Shown here: piece after piece, positions 35,131 through 48,694 of the stretch
Layout of the letters: each line of letters opens with the position of its first letter
Position numbering within the stretch: position 1 is the first letter of the stretch
Assembly (NCBI RefSeq): GCF_021028975.2
Contig: NC_059437.1
Location: 45,198,001 to 45,262,000, forward strand
Reading direction: 5' to 3'
From: Sphaerodactylus townsendi
Taxonomy: Eukaryota
DNA length: 64,000 nt
Made by a program: the position numbers and the translations under genes
Notes under the pieces: generated by a model
Seen by the model: only the letters and a program-made list of their open reading frames with translations
Told to the model about the DNA's origin: nothing
The model's database searches: none

Positions 35131-37230
35131 TGAAAGATTTTAAAAAAAAGAAGTACCAGGAACCTGCATAGAGCAAGAGACTAAATAGTCTACAATCCCA
35201 ACTTTTTACTCCAAACTTATTTCTGAATCATTTTGTTATAGGGTAACACAATGTTTCTGGGTTCTTCTGTTCATTTCTGCCACATCGCAAACCCATTACA
35301 GAGCCTGCCTAGGCTGGCTACGCTTGGATTTAAGCCAATTTATTTCAGGAGGACTGAACCGGTTTAAGTCAAAAGATTTATGGCGCAACTGATTTGCGCG
35401 TGCGTCGGGTGCGAAGTAAATCTCACCGATTCAGTTTGGGGCTTACTTCTAAGTAAGGACCGAATGCTTCGGATGGCAGCCTTTGATTGGTGGCCTTGAA
35501 AATAACCTTTCCCTTGTTTTGATTCTTAAATCGTTAAAAACGAATAGCCGCCCCCCCAAAATGTTAAAACCTATGATTACAACCTTAAATTTGAGTCATA
35601 CCCGATTTACACACCCAGCATTATATTGCGGTCGGTCGGAGGAACAGTCTCTCAATCTTGGTTGCCATCATTTAAAAAAACAACAACAGTTCTTTCGATT
35701 TTAACAAGAAGCCCCCACCTGGTTTCAGCTCACTTAGGGCCGGTTCACACGTGCCAGGAGAATGCAGAGCAAAATGGACCCCATCATTCCAGATGGGAAC
35801 TATGTAGATTTCAGCCTGGAGTGTTCCTCTGCATTAAAAAATTAAACTGGCAAAGGTTGCGAGCCATGTAGCCCCAGCCTCTGGCTTGCCTTGCTGTTTT
35901 CCTGTCTGCAGATAATTCTGGACTTGGAATGTTCTCCTTTAGGATCTCCCCCCTCCTGCCCCCATCACCTGTGGCTAAAGTGATGCAGTCCACTTTACCG
36001 CCACAGGTCTCTGCCACCTCTTCCTCGGACACCTTATCTCCACCCTATTTACAGCTGCCTCCCCAGCTAGGTTTCTACATGCCAGGTTGATCCTAAAGGT
36101 GGAAAAGCCATGGGATCAAAAGGAAGCCAGAGCAACCCTTCATATTTTCAAGTGACTTCCGATGCTCTGCCCTGCAGTGCTTGCCCACCTGCCCGGCTTC
36201 TCCCTGAAGCTGCCATCTGTTCAGAAAACAAGTACTGGGAATAAAGGTAAAAGCTGTCCCCTGTTCAAGTACCAGGTCATTCCACTGCTCCTCCCTATGA
36301 AGCTTATTGGGTGACCTTGGGCTAGTGTCGCAGTCCTCTCAGAACTCTCTCAGCCCCATCGGTCTCCCAAGGTGTCTGTTGTGGGGAAAGGAAGGGGAAA
36401 TGAGTTTGTAAACTGCTTTGAAACTCCTTACAGTTGAGAAAAGCAAAGTATAAATCCAAGCTTTTTTCTTCTACCTGAAACCGACTTCTCTTGGGATCGA
36501 ACTGACGTTCTGAGTAGAGCTTTGACTGCAGTACTGCAGCTTTCCACTCTTCTCCACCTTATACAGAATAGGAGGGGTATTATTTACTGTGCTGGGGGAG
36601 GGTAGGCTGCAAACCCATTACTATGATTGATGCCATTTGGAAAATAAAATTTAGTTCCCTGATTAGTGGGAGAGTTGGGGTGCCAGAACTTGTGGGAAGA
36701 GGAAGGGAAGGAGTTTGCAAGCCACTTTGAGGCTCCTTACAAAAGGTGGGGTATAAATCCAAACTCTTCGCCTGCCTTTTGCATGTGAGATAGATGGGGC
36801 TTGGCGAGTTCTGACCCGAAGTGCGACTAGCCCAAGGTCACCCAGCCGGAGGAGCGGGAAACAAATCCAGTTCACCAGCTTAGAGTCTGCTGCTCAGGTG
36901 GAGGAGTGGGCAATCAAACCTGATTCTTCAGGTTAGAGTCTACCTGCTCTTAGCCACTTCACCACGCTGTCTGTTCTGGATTAGAGTGGTGATTCTGAAT
37001 AGTGGCACATGTGCAGACAAGAAGGCACATATCTTGTGGTTTGTTTTCAAACATTTTTAATGGCCCACGGACAGATATATGTTGGAAAAACACAGTGAGG
37101 TTTTGGGGGGGGGAGGGGGGATTTTTTGATCTGCAAAACTAAAGCTGCAATCCTAAATACATTTTCCTGAGAGCAATTCCCACTTACTTCTGAGCAGACC
37201 TGTTTATGAGTGTTCCCTACTTCTCCTTAA

Positions 37231-37434
<204 letters not shown>

Positions 37435-39261
37435 TAAGTATACTGGAAGGCTTCTTTAAAAATCCCTTAGCGCTAGTCAGAAGGGAATGCATTTGTTCCC
37501 ATAAGAGATACGATCTGCAATCCTAAAATGCTTTTCTGGGATTAAGCCCCGTTGAATAAAACTGGACTTACTTCTGAGTAGACTTGCTGAAGGTTGCTCC
37601 CACAGTCTTACCCGTAAGACCTTGTTAGACTTTGCCATTCTCCGATTGGGTCAGTGCAAAAGAGAGCGATCTGGTGATGCAAAATTTCCAGGAAATGGTG
37701 ATCAAAGGCAGGTTTCCATTTCAAAATCGTTGGAGTTTCCATTTTAGGCTGGATGTGACCATTTCTCTTTCCTGTGTTTGGGTTGACTTGTTTTCTAGCA
37801 GTTGGGTGAAATTCGGCAGGTGGAGAAATGAAATCTGGTTGTCATGTAGATATTAAAAAGGGAGGGAGAGACAGAGATTCTCTTTGCAGTTCTGATAAAT
37901 CAACATCCATGCATTTCCAGCTGAACTCAAGTGCTGCTAACCCTTCCAGCTGGAAAACAACCCCTTATCCTGTTCAAAGAACCAGCTGAATCGCATCTCT
38001 GTTTTTCTACACTTGTGTTAAAACTCCACTTTATTTCTTTACTAATTGTTTCAAGCCATGCTTTTATTGCTTTATGCTCGCTTCAGCTTCTTCTTTTCAG
38101 CTCTGCCAAGATGGAATTGGCTTTAGATTTTTCCAAACTCAGATAAATAGACAATTCAGGCAAAGAATATTACTTTACATATTATTTGTATCCTCATCTT
38201 TCCCCCTCCTCCACTACAAGGTCAACCAGCAAACTTTTGTGGCAGACTGGAGAGTCGAACCCGGGTTTCCCAAATGGTAGTCCTACGCTGTATCCATCAC
38301 ACCACATTTCCTGTGGATATCAATAAGTATCATAAACCAATAAAGATAGTTTCAGTGGGTAGCTGCTTTGGTCTGCAATAGAACAGTTGAATTGGAGTCC
38401 AGTAACACCTTAGCGGCCAGTTTGATTTTGGAGGATATAAGCTTTGGAGAGTCGAAACCCTCATGGTCCATTTGAGGGGGGAGCTTTGATTCTTGAAAGC
38501 TCAAATCCTGAAAATCTTGTTGGACTCCAGTGTAACTGTACAAATCAGTAAGTAACATAAATACCCTAAATATCTCTTCTAGGGATGCACAACAAATTGA
38601 TGCAATTAATTTTTTAAAATGCTCTCCTCTCAACATTCCTCCTCCTAACATTCCTCAGTTCCTCTTAACATTCCTCAATTTTGGAAGCTACCAACATTAG
38701 CCAAAAAAAGGCATTATAAAACAGGAAGACTCTAATAACAGTGCGTTTGTTTGATTTGTAAATCAACAGCAGTCAGATTGGGCTCAGAACAAAAATCATG
38801 GCTGCAGGGTGTGGCAAATGCCTCCCCTTTAGGAAGGAAGGCACATTCGTAGAGAATAGCGGTTACAGCTAAAAACAGAGTTTCTATATTCAGAGGCATT
38901 ATAGACTTCTAAGGACCAGCTGCCAGGGACGATCAAAGACAGGTGTCCATCGGACCACGTGGGCCCCTTGTGGGTTTCTAGAGTGCTGGGCTAGGCAGCC
39001 ATTTCTCAGACCCTTACAAAGCATGGTGCAAAAGTCCCGAGCCAGAACTGGGGCTCCAGGCCACATCCAAATTATGGTCTTGGAGCTCCGGGCAGATTTT
39101 CTAAACCAGCTTTCCTATTTTTGTTGTTTTTCAGCTCTAATTTCCTCTCCTGTGTATCTCTTTGAAAATCCATTTAGAAATGTCTCGGTTTGCAGCAGTG
39201 CCCCATTTGGGGAGGGGGTGAATAAAAAGGGAGCGTGAGCGTATCCCGGATGTCTATTTGG

Positions 39262-39712
39262 AAGTAGAAGAAGAGTTTGGATTTACATCCTGCCTTTCTC
39301 TCCTGTAAGGAGACTCAAGGTGGCTTCCAAGCTCCTTTCCCTTCCTCTCCCCAGAACAGACACCTGGTGAGGTAGGTGGGGCTGAGAGAGTTCTGAGAGA
39401 ACTGTGACTAGCCCAGGGGTAGGGAACCTGCGGCTCTCCAGATGTTCAGGAACTACAATTCCCATCAGCCCCTACCAGCATGGCCAATTGGCCATGCTGA
39501 CAGAGGCTGATGGGAATTGTAGTTCCTGAACATCTGGAGAGCCGCAGGTTCCCTACCCCTGGACTAGCCCAAAGTCACCCACCAGGAATGTAGGAGTGTG
39601 GAAACACATCTGGTTCACCAGATAAGCCTCTGTCACTCAGGTGGAGGAGTGGGGAATCAAACCTGACTCCCCAGATTAGAATCCACCTGCTCTTAACCAC
39701 TGCAACACACTG
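39262..39712 (-). mobile_element. Squam3-like SINE interrupted by a hAT MITE
   Basis: SINE sequence resumes across the GACTAGCC duplication. Confidence 0.8.
39414..39561. mobile_element. hAT (Charlie-like) MITE, near-perfect 148-bp palindrome
   Basis: CAGGGGTAGGGAACCTGCGG...CCGCAGGTTCCCTACCCCTG; 8-bp TSD GACTAGCC (39406-39413, 39562-39569). Confidence 0.92.
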
Positions 39713-40490
39713 TATGCAGTTGAACTTTTTTTGTTTCTTTGGCCATCAATTTGCAGCTGAATAATGTGGACCTTATAGGGTTTTCAAGGCAAGAGACTTA
39801 CAGAGGTGGTTTGCCATTGTCTGCCTCTGCTTAGAGGCCCTGGACTGCCTTGGTGGTCTCCCATCCAAATGCTGACCAGGGTAAACCCCATTTAGCTTCC
39901 CAGATCATGAAACTTAACTCCACAGGACTGAGCCTGCTGATTACGTCTTAGCAGGGAGATGACTGCACAGTTGAAACAGTGGCCCTTAAATGCCAATCCC
40001 TGCAATGTTTGGGGTGCAACCTTTTGCATGTGGATTCTGGTGAGAAGAGGGGCAGGGAAAGTGAGCTGAAAATCTCTTCCCCCGCCCCCTCTGACTCAGC
40101 CCAGGAGAGTGGAGTTTGCCATTCGACCTCAGGGGGGTGACTCGTAATTCCAATTATGTTTCTTCCCTTTTTGCTGCAGGCTGTTTGTAATTTGTAAGTG
40201 ATTAGACCCAGTTTTGTAGTTCCCTAAAAAAAACTTGTCTGGCAATCATCTCCTTAGCAATTTATGTGGAAGGTGGTTTCTGAATTTCTCCCATATTTCT
40301 AGGGTGTTTTGGAGGTGGTTGGCTTCTTCCAGCATCTCCAGCAAGGATTGCACTTAATTCCCTGGAACTCTAGTAAAAGGATCGAGCTGGAAATTACTGT
40401 TGGAAAATGTGCAGAAGCTGGGGCTTGAAAACATTATCATGGGGGTGAGGGGGTGGGGGAGGCTGGTGTAAATGCCACCTCCCCCGGGGG

Positions 40491-40983
40491 TGTTGGGATA
40501 AGAGCTCCTGGTAGTTGGAGATTATCTCTTTATCGTAGTTAGCAGAGCGGCACGGGTGGCTAGAACACAGCAGAAGCCCTTACCTCGTGTGCATGCGTGT
40601 GCGTGATGAATCCCAATGTGCGGCAAGCTTACACAAAAGAAAGTCGGAGTCAGTTATAGTTTCTTATCTAATAAAAAGAGTATTTATTAGTGAACTCCAT
40701 TCTGGATAGAAAGGTAGGTAGATAGAGTCACTATGCTATCTTAATCTAGCTGGATGGAGATGGATGCGAGGAGCATCCATCCTCTCTCTAGGCATGGTAG
40801 GAAGAAGTGGGTGAGAAGGGGTCGAGGAAGAAGCCGGAAGGAAGGAAGTCCCTGAGAGTATCAGTCTAACATCAAAGGGATAGAACCAGCATGATAGAGT
40901 AAAGGTGTCAAATCCCTAGGTCCCTATCTAGCCACTAGCTCTCTAGTAAAAACCCCCTCTGTAGGTTGAGGCAGGAAACAGCG
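40491..40983 (-). mobile_element. LTR-like insert (solo or truncated LTR) flanked by a 103-bp direct repeat
   Basis: TGTT...AACA ends (40491, 40980); AATAAA on the minus strand near 40683-40688; flanks 40388-40490 and 40984-41086 are identical. Confidence 0.65.
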
Positions 40984-41194
40984 TGGAAATTACTGTTGGA
41001 AAATGTGCAGAAGCTGGGGCTTGAAAACATTATCATGGGGGTGAGGGGGTGGGGGAGGCTGGTGTAAATGCCACCTCCCCCGGGGGAACATCCAGATTAA
41101 GTAGAAAAGTGGAACTCTCAGACCAGGCGTTAACTGATAAAAGCCAGGGATTTTTTAACCACCATGGTCCAATACAACATTTACATCCAAACTG

Positions 41195-41485
41195 AAGAAG
41201 AGGAAGAGTTTGGATTTATATCCCGCCTTTCTCTACAGCAAGGAGACTCAAAGGGGCTTGCAAACTCCTTTCCCTTCCTCTCCCCACAAGAGACACCTTG
41301 TGAAGTAGGTGGGGCTGAGAGAGTTCTGAACGACCTGTGACTGGCCCTAGGTAATCCAGCAGAAATTTAGGAGTGGGGGAAACACATTCTGGTTCACCAG
41401 ATAAGCCTCTGTCACTCAGGTGGAGGAGTGTGGAATCAATCCTGGTTCTCCAGATTAGAGTCCACCTGCTCTCCACCACTATACC
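41195..41485 (-). mobile_element. Squam3-like SINE
   Basis: Head, body and tail match. Confidence 0.78.
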
Positions 41486-42953
41486 AGGCTGGCTGTCCAG
41501 TGTGGTCTTGGAGCCAACTCAACCAGTTCTGGGGAATTCTCTGAGAAAGTACAGCACAAGAAATCAGCCCTCCCCAGAGCGACCAGCCACGGAGAGAGAT
41601 TTGCTTGACTGCTGAGTCCCATTACCAAATGCAGAAGGATTAGTGGCAATTGCAGGGCTGAGCTGGCAGGCACGCTGGTACCTTGCAAAAGCCAGAGGGT
41701 GCTGTTTTCTCCCCTGAAAAGACAGTCTTTCCACAATTTGAATGGTGCTGAACTTGTCAAAGCAAGGCAGAGGCGCCCCTTGCTGGCAGCAGCCCTTGTG
41801 CGGGGGTGGGGGGGGTGGGGGTGTGTGTCAACTGGCAAGCAATTTTGTCTTCCACCGCAGGATTGGGGCAGATGTCCTCCTCCTGGCCTGCAACCCTCTT
41901 TGGAAGCTCATGGGCCCACCAAATCCAACTTTCTCTCCGTAGTTGACCAAAATGCAGTGGTTTGGTGAAGCTCTTCTACCCCCCTCCCCAAAACCCCAGT
42001 TATGCGCCTTGACTTTTAACACCTTGAGTTTAAAAGGGCCACACTGAAAGACACATTATACACTTGGCTCGGCAGATCCAAGACGCCTGAAAAGCCCCTG
42101 TGCCCAGGAATCGTGATGCCGAAGATGTAAATATTTAGACAGATCGCCAGCTTCCCAGGGCATTTCAGAACTGTTTGCTTGTCAAAGGAAATGGGACATA
42201 TAACATCCAATTGAGTATATCTCTCCCAGCCACCCCCCTTTTTCTTGCCTTTGTGTTTCTGCTCAAGTCCGATGCGAGATAGTTCTCCTGCTGAGCAAAG
42301 GCTGGATTTTAAATAAACACCAAGCGGAGGAGAGGTCTGAGACTGCACTGTTGAATCAATATGTACTTTGGAAGGATGAAATCAAGGGGGAGGAAGGGCT
42401 GGGAAATGCTTTCCTGACGGACCTGGGTTTTGTCCCATACCTGTGCACACCCCAGACCCCAGACAAAGGTTCCCTCTGACTCACCTCACATTCAGAAGAT
42501 AAGATTTGTTTGTGGTTGGAATATTGCTGCTATCCCTGTGTGGCATCTTGTCTGGCTCTCTGGGCCCCTGAAACTTGAGGCTCTCCCCAGCCCATATCCC
42601 CGGGGAAAAGTATGTTTTAACTCGAAGTTTGGCGGAACTTAAATATTATATACAAAAAGTTTTATTACTGTTCATAACTGTAATTTACATGGGAATGTAA
42701 GACTAGCTCATTTTTTTCTTCATGCTATTAGCAGGGGAATCCCACTTTCCTTTTGAGTAATAAATCTTATTATATTCCATATGCAGATAGAAAGACTGAG
42801 GTGGAGAGAAAATGACTTGCCTTAAGGCTTATCTAGAGAGCTCATGTCAGGGGTGAAATGTGAACCCCGGGATCTTCACAGTCCATTCAGAACTATGCTA
42901 TACCCCCTATTTTAGACTTTTTGCAAGAAAAGATCAGTCATACTTTTCTGCTT

Positions 42954-43360
42954 GAAGAAGAGTTGGTTTTTATACCCCACTTTCCCTCTACCTTTGAGGA
43001 GTCTCAAAGTGGCTTACAACCATCTTACCTTCTTGCAGCAGACACCTTGGCCCTTTCCGCACATGCAAAATAATGCACTTTCAATCCACTTTCACAATTG
43101 TTTGCAAGTGGATTTTGCTATTCCGCATAGCTGCAAAGTGCATTGAAAGTGGATTGAAAGTGCATTATTCTGCATGTGTAGGTGGGGCTGAGAGATTTCT
43201 GAGAGACCTGTGGCTGATCAAAGGTCACCCAACAGGCTTCTTGTGGAGGAATGGGGAAAACAAACCCAGTTATCCAGATTAGAGTCTGCCGCTCACGTGG
43301 AGGTGTGGGGAATCAATTTCCATTCTCCAGATTAAATTCTACAATTAACCACTACACCAT
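42954..43360 (-). mobile_element. Squam3-like SINE interrupted by MITE family A (about 43049-43188)
   Basis: SINE motifs on both sides of the MITE. Confidence 0.75.
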
Positions 43361-43665
43361 ATAGATGTAAGCCACTCCCCACTAGAGAGAAAGGCAGGGT
43401 ATAAATAAAGTAAATAAGTAAAAAAGAATTAATGTAGGGAAGCATCTACATAAATATGCCGATACCGATGCATTACAGAAATACCCAGCCTTTCCATGCT
43501 GGGTAAGCTATCCCAGAACTTGGGAATATACATTTAGGATCCTTGATTTATGTTGAAAAAATGACTGTTGTGTTCTGAGGCGTGGCAGATTTTTAGACAG
43601 CACAAAGGACAGGGTTGGCACATGATGGCAGAATGGTCCCTACTGGAGTCTAGTAAACTATCCAG

Positions 43666-43945
43666 GCTGCGTAGTGTAGTGGTTAAGAGCAGATGGATTC
43701 TAATCTGGAGACCGGGGTTTGAGTCCCCACTCCTGCTCCTGAGTGGCAGTGGCTTATCTGGGGAACCAGGTGTGTTTCTTCACTCCTACATTCCTGCTGG
43801 GTGGCTTTGGGCTGGTCACAGTTCTCTCCAAACTGCAAGGTGTCTGTTGTGGGGAGAGGAAGGGGAAGGAGTTTGTAGGCCATCTTGAGTCTCCTTACAG
43901 GAGAGAAAGGTGGGGTATAAATCCAAAATCCTCTTCTTCTCCTCT
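43666..43945 (+). mobile_element. Squam3-like SINE ending about 45 bp before a TBX1 acceptor
   Basis: gtagtgtagtggttaagagc head through taaatccaaaatcctcttctt tail. Confidence 0.8.
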
Positions 43946-43954
43946 TAAGCATGA

Positions 43955-44194
<240 letters not shown>

Positions 44195-44343
44195 TGAAGG
44201 TCTTGATCAATGAAATAGCAGATGAATCTCAAGAGGGTGGGATGGTGGGTCCAGGTGGGCTTCCTGTGGGCAGGCTGCTGGGCCTCAAAAAGTGATTATT
44301 AAAAGAGGCATCCCAAGGTTGAAGAGTTCATGTCTGGGAGAGA

Positions 44344-44483
44344 GGCCCCTTCCGCACATGCAGAATAATGCACTTTCAATCCACTTTCACAATTGTTTGC
44401 AAGTGGATTTTGCTATTCTGCACAGTTAAATCCAGTTGCAAAGTTCATTGAAAGTGCATTATTCTGCATGTGGGGAAGGGGCC
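44344..44483. mobile_element. MITE family A
   Basis: TIRs plus AGA TSD. Confidence 0.85.
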
Positions 44484-44714
44484 AGATATGTGGTCTTTCA
44501 AAACCAGATACTTTCTAAGGGGCTAGCAGCAAAATACTACAGCAGCTATCATCAAGCCTATCTAGAATGTCTCTGTTGTGTGAAGTTCCTAACAGTCTGT
44601 AGCTCTTCCACCCATACAGCATCCCTATGAAGTAAGCAATTGATACGTCTTTTAATGGGGGGGGGTATGCTGTTTTTGTTATGAAAACAATAAAACAATA
44701 TTAAATAATAATTT

Positions 44715-44812
44715 AATAATAATGAGTCTGAAATTGTGTGCATCGAGGAATGCTGCTGTAAATTTCGTTGTGCGTGCACAATGACAATAAAATGCTTATG
44801 CTTATGCTTAAT
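44715..44812 (+). mobile_element. Rex1/Babar-like LINE 3' end
   Basis: aatttcgttgtgcgtgcacaatgacaataaa followed by a (TGCTTA)3 tail. Confidence 0.5.
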
Positions 44813-44838
44813 ACTTTTACTGGTGTATATAACATTTA

Positions 44839-45335
44839 CAGTGGAACCTCGGTTTTCGTTGGTAATCCGTCCGAAAAGAATCGATGAAAACCAAAATCGA
44901 GGCAAACTTTTCCACAGGAATCAATGTAAATCCAATTAATCCGTTCTAGGCACTCCAAAAAACATACAAAAACAAAAAAAAATTTGTGAATAAACATAGT
45001 GTTTAATACTGGAAACAGTAACAAACAATAACACTAGGACCAGCTTCAGAGCCAGTGGACCAATGTCGCACCAGAAAGCTGTCCAAAGAGGTCTGTTTCT
45101 GACACCTCTTTAAGATTTGTCTGAAATGGAGCAAGACATTGTCATTAAACAAGTTGCAGACATGGCCTGCAACAGCTTTGTCCGGGTGATTTTTCTCCAC
45201 AACCCCCTGCACCTTACTGCAAATAGATGAAAACCGAGGCAAATCGATGAAAACCGAGTCAAATTTTTCACTGAAAAAATCAATGGAAACCGAAACCGAT
45301 GAAAACCGAAGGCAATGAAAACCAAGGTTCCACCG
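44839..45335 (-). mobile_element. Tigger/pogo (Tc1-mariner) internally deleted transposon
   Basis: TIRs CAGTGGAACCTCGGTTTTCGTTG / CAATGAAAACCAAGGTTCCACCG, TA TSD; minus-strand transposase C-terminal remnant EKNHPDKAVAGHVCNLFNDNVLLHFRQILKRCQKQTSLDSFL. Confidence 0.9.
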
Positions 45336-45371
45336 TATCTCTTTGCTATTTTAAGCATGTTGTCATATTGA

Positions 45372-45486
45372 CCATGCATGATGACTGCTGAAATGGCAGC
45401 CAAGAAAGCCAATGCAGTTCTGGGATGCATCAATAAGAGTATACCGGTAGTGTCTAGACTGAGGGAAGTAATTGTACCTCTCTACA
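45372..45486 (+). mobile_element. CR1 LINE RT-region fragment
   Basis: AAKKANAVLGCINKSI..SRLREVIVPLY is typical CR1 ORF2. Confidence 0.85.
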
Positions 45487-45740
45487 TACTGTCGAAGGCT
45501 TTCATGGTCAAAAACAACTGGTTGATGTGGGTTTTCTGCTTTTTGTGTTTGTGGTTTGATAGTTTTTGCTTCTAATATTTCACCCACATCTATGGCTGGT
45601 ATCTTCAAAGGCATGTCACGGTGAAAAACTCATCTTCCTGTGATATGCCTCTGAAAATGCCAGCCATAGATGCGGGTGAAATATTAGGAGCAAAAACTTC
45701 CAGACCATGGCCATATGGCTTGGAAAACCACAACAGCTAA
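45487..45740. mobile_element. Penelope-like inverted terminal pair
   Basis: Two opposed copies of the gccagccatagatg.gggtgaaatattag motif (about 45570-45615 minus, 45648-45688 plus). Confidence 0.7.
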
Positions 45741-46052
45741 CAACAACAACAACAACATTTACTTTGGCAAGCAAAAATTAATGTTTAGTAGCATGGAGCT
45801 CTTCCCCTCTCAATAAATCAGTCCAAATTGTTCATGCCATGACCTGATAAACTTTGTTTTCCTTTGCTTCTCCTCCAGTCCAACCCTCTTTTAAAACCCA
45901 GCCATATGCCCAATGATTCTTCCCCTTCCCACATCCACGCTGCATGTTGGTCCCTACCCTGACATTGCACATTCTGCTTCCCGTGTATGGCCCCCTCTTC
46001 TCTGTATCCCATGTAGGCCCCCCTCCTCTCTCAACGTGCTGCCACAGTGTAG

Positions 46053-46547
<495 letters not shown>

Positions 46548-47074
46548 TAAAGGTGCGTCATCTTTAAAAGGTTTGTGGGATACAATTTTAGCATTTATAA
46601 GGAATCAAATGTGCTAAGATTCACATTTGTTCCTGACGTCTGCTTTCCTTCATACCGAGTGAACCACAAGCCACAGAGGCCAGATTAAGCCACATTTTTT
46701 AGGGCCTCAAACACTGAAATAAGTTCTGATTTGTTCCAAGAGTAGGTTGGGATGCCCATCTAAGCCCTCGTTTTTATACTTAAAGTGCAGCCTTGCAGGT
46801 TCCGAGTTAGGTTTTAAAAATAGAAAATGCAAAATATTTCATTCAAGGGACAGACATTACCAAGTGTCCTTTGGGCCTCGTCAAAATTAATGCACTGGGA
46901 AGTTCTTACTATACCAACAAAAGGAAGGAATTGTAATAAAACACCCCTTCATAGAAAAAGCAGCCATGCGTATGTTTACTCAGGAGTCAATCCCACTGAG
47001 GTAAATGGAACTTATTCCCTAGAAACTGTGCATGGAATTGCAATTGGTTTATGCACTACAGTTATACAAAGTCG

Positions 47075-47240
47075 TGTGTATAGTGCCATCAAGTCAGCCA
47101 ACGTATGTCAGCCCCAGCAAGGCTCTTTCAAGGCAAGTGATTAAACGGAGGTGGTTTGCCATTGCCTTCCTCTGCAAAGTCTTCCTTGGAGGTCTCCCTT
47201 CCGGGAACTGACCCTGTTTAGCGTCTGAGATCCGGCTGCC
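47075..47240 (-). mobile_element. 5S-derived SINE fragment
   Basis: ttcaaggcaag...gaggtggtttgccattgcc...ggaggtctcccttcc; similar copies at 17050-17210 and 39740-39905. Confidence 0.65.
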
Positions 47241-47842
47241 TTCCATCCATGCTTCCAACAAAGCACAGATGGGCTGGGATTGGGTGATGCCAAGCTTCCT
47301 AGAAACTCATACATGCAAGCCTTATTCATTTCAATAAAAGCTAGTAATAATTTGGGACATTACCTTTTTACTGCCTGTCCAATAAAAGTTAAGCCAAAGC
47401 TATTCTATACTTAAAGGACAGGACACCCTGAATCATAAACTGGATCTAGGTTGCCTTAGAATCCTACCCAATAACCCTTTGCAACAACACCTGTGGATTC
47501 AATGCAGTATTATTAACTATGGTGTCCTACCCTTCCTCAAAGCAGCAATGTGAGGGCCTACTAAATGGGAGATCCTCGACTTGAGGAAAGAGTGAAGCCT
47601 TTTCTCCCCCTTCACTGCAGATCTGATCAGGACAACCCCTTTCCTCAGTTGCTAACCAGCCCCTTCCTCCAAGTCACCTCTTGTTTAGTTCTCGGTTTCA
47701 CTTAAAAGCTAATTAGACTGCAAGACATATCCTAGGTGAAGTTGAAGTGGGACCATGCCTCAGTGGCGGAGCACCTCCTTGGCATATAGAAGGTTCAAAT
47801 CCTGGCATCTCAGGTGGTAGTAGGTAATGTGAAAGACCTTGT

Positions 47843-48122
47843 GAGAGCCAATGTGGTGTAGTGGTTAAGAGCAGGTGGACTCTAATCCGGAGAACTTCTC
47901 CTCCACATAAGAGGCAGGCTCTTATCTGATGAACTGGGTTTGTTTCCCTGCTCCTATACACCAAGCCTGCTGGGTGATCTTGAGCTAGTCCCAGTGCCCT
48001 TTGAACTCTCTCAGCCCCACCTGCCTCACAAGATGTCTGTTGTGAGAGAAAGGTGTTTGTAAGCCATCCTGAGTCTCCTTACAGGAGAGAGATCCAGGGT
48101 GTAAATCCAAACTCTCCTTCTT
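47843..48122 (+). mobile_element. Squam3-like SINE
   Basis: gagagccaatgtggtgtagtggttaagagcaggtggactctaatc head plus tail. Confidence 0.78.
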
Positions 48123-48308
48123 GTTCTGCATGAGACTCTGAAAAGCAGCTACCAGGGTGAATAGAGTATACTGACCTTGATGGGCCAATAGTCTCATTGA
48201 GAACCAGGCTGCTTCATGGGTGCATGCAAAGATACCGGCTTCTCTAACACAGCATTGTCTACTCTGACGGGCAGCATCTCTTTAGAGGCCTGCCCCATTC
48301 TGCTAGCT

Positions 48309-48448
48309 CATGGGTCTGCAACCTGCAGCTCTCCAGATGTTCAAGGACTACAAATCCCACCATCCCCTGCCAGCATGGCCAATTGGCAGGGGCTGATGGG
48401 ATTTGTAGTCCACGGACATCTGGAGAGCCACAGGTTGCAGACCCCCTG
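48309..48448. mobile_element. hAT MITE
   Basis: Palindromic; 8-bp TSD TGCTAGCT. Confidence 0.85.
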
Positions 48449-48553
48449 TGCTAGCTGCAACCATCTCCACTGGAATTGCCAGGAAATGTCTGCATGCCCT
48501 GAGCTGCAATTCTTTCTTGTTTCCACTATTTGAAGCTGAGGCTGCAATTCTAT

Positions 48554-48694
48554 GGCCCCTTCCGCACATGCAGAATAATGCCCTTTTAATCCACTTTCAC
48601 AATTGTTTGCAAGTGAATTTTGCTATTCTGCACAGCTGCAAAGTGCATTGCAAGTGGATTGAAAGTGCATTATTCTGCATGTCCGGAAGGGGCC
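48554..48694. mobile_element. MITE family A
   Basis: TIR match. Confidence 0.83.
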
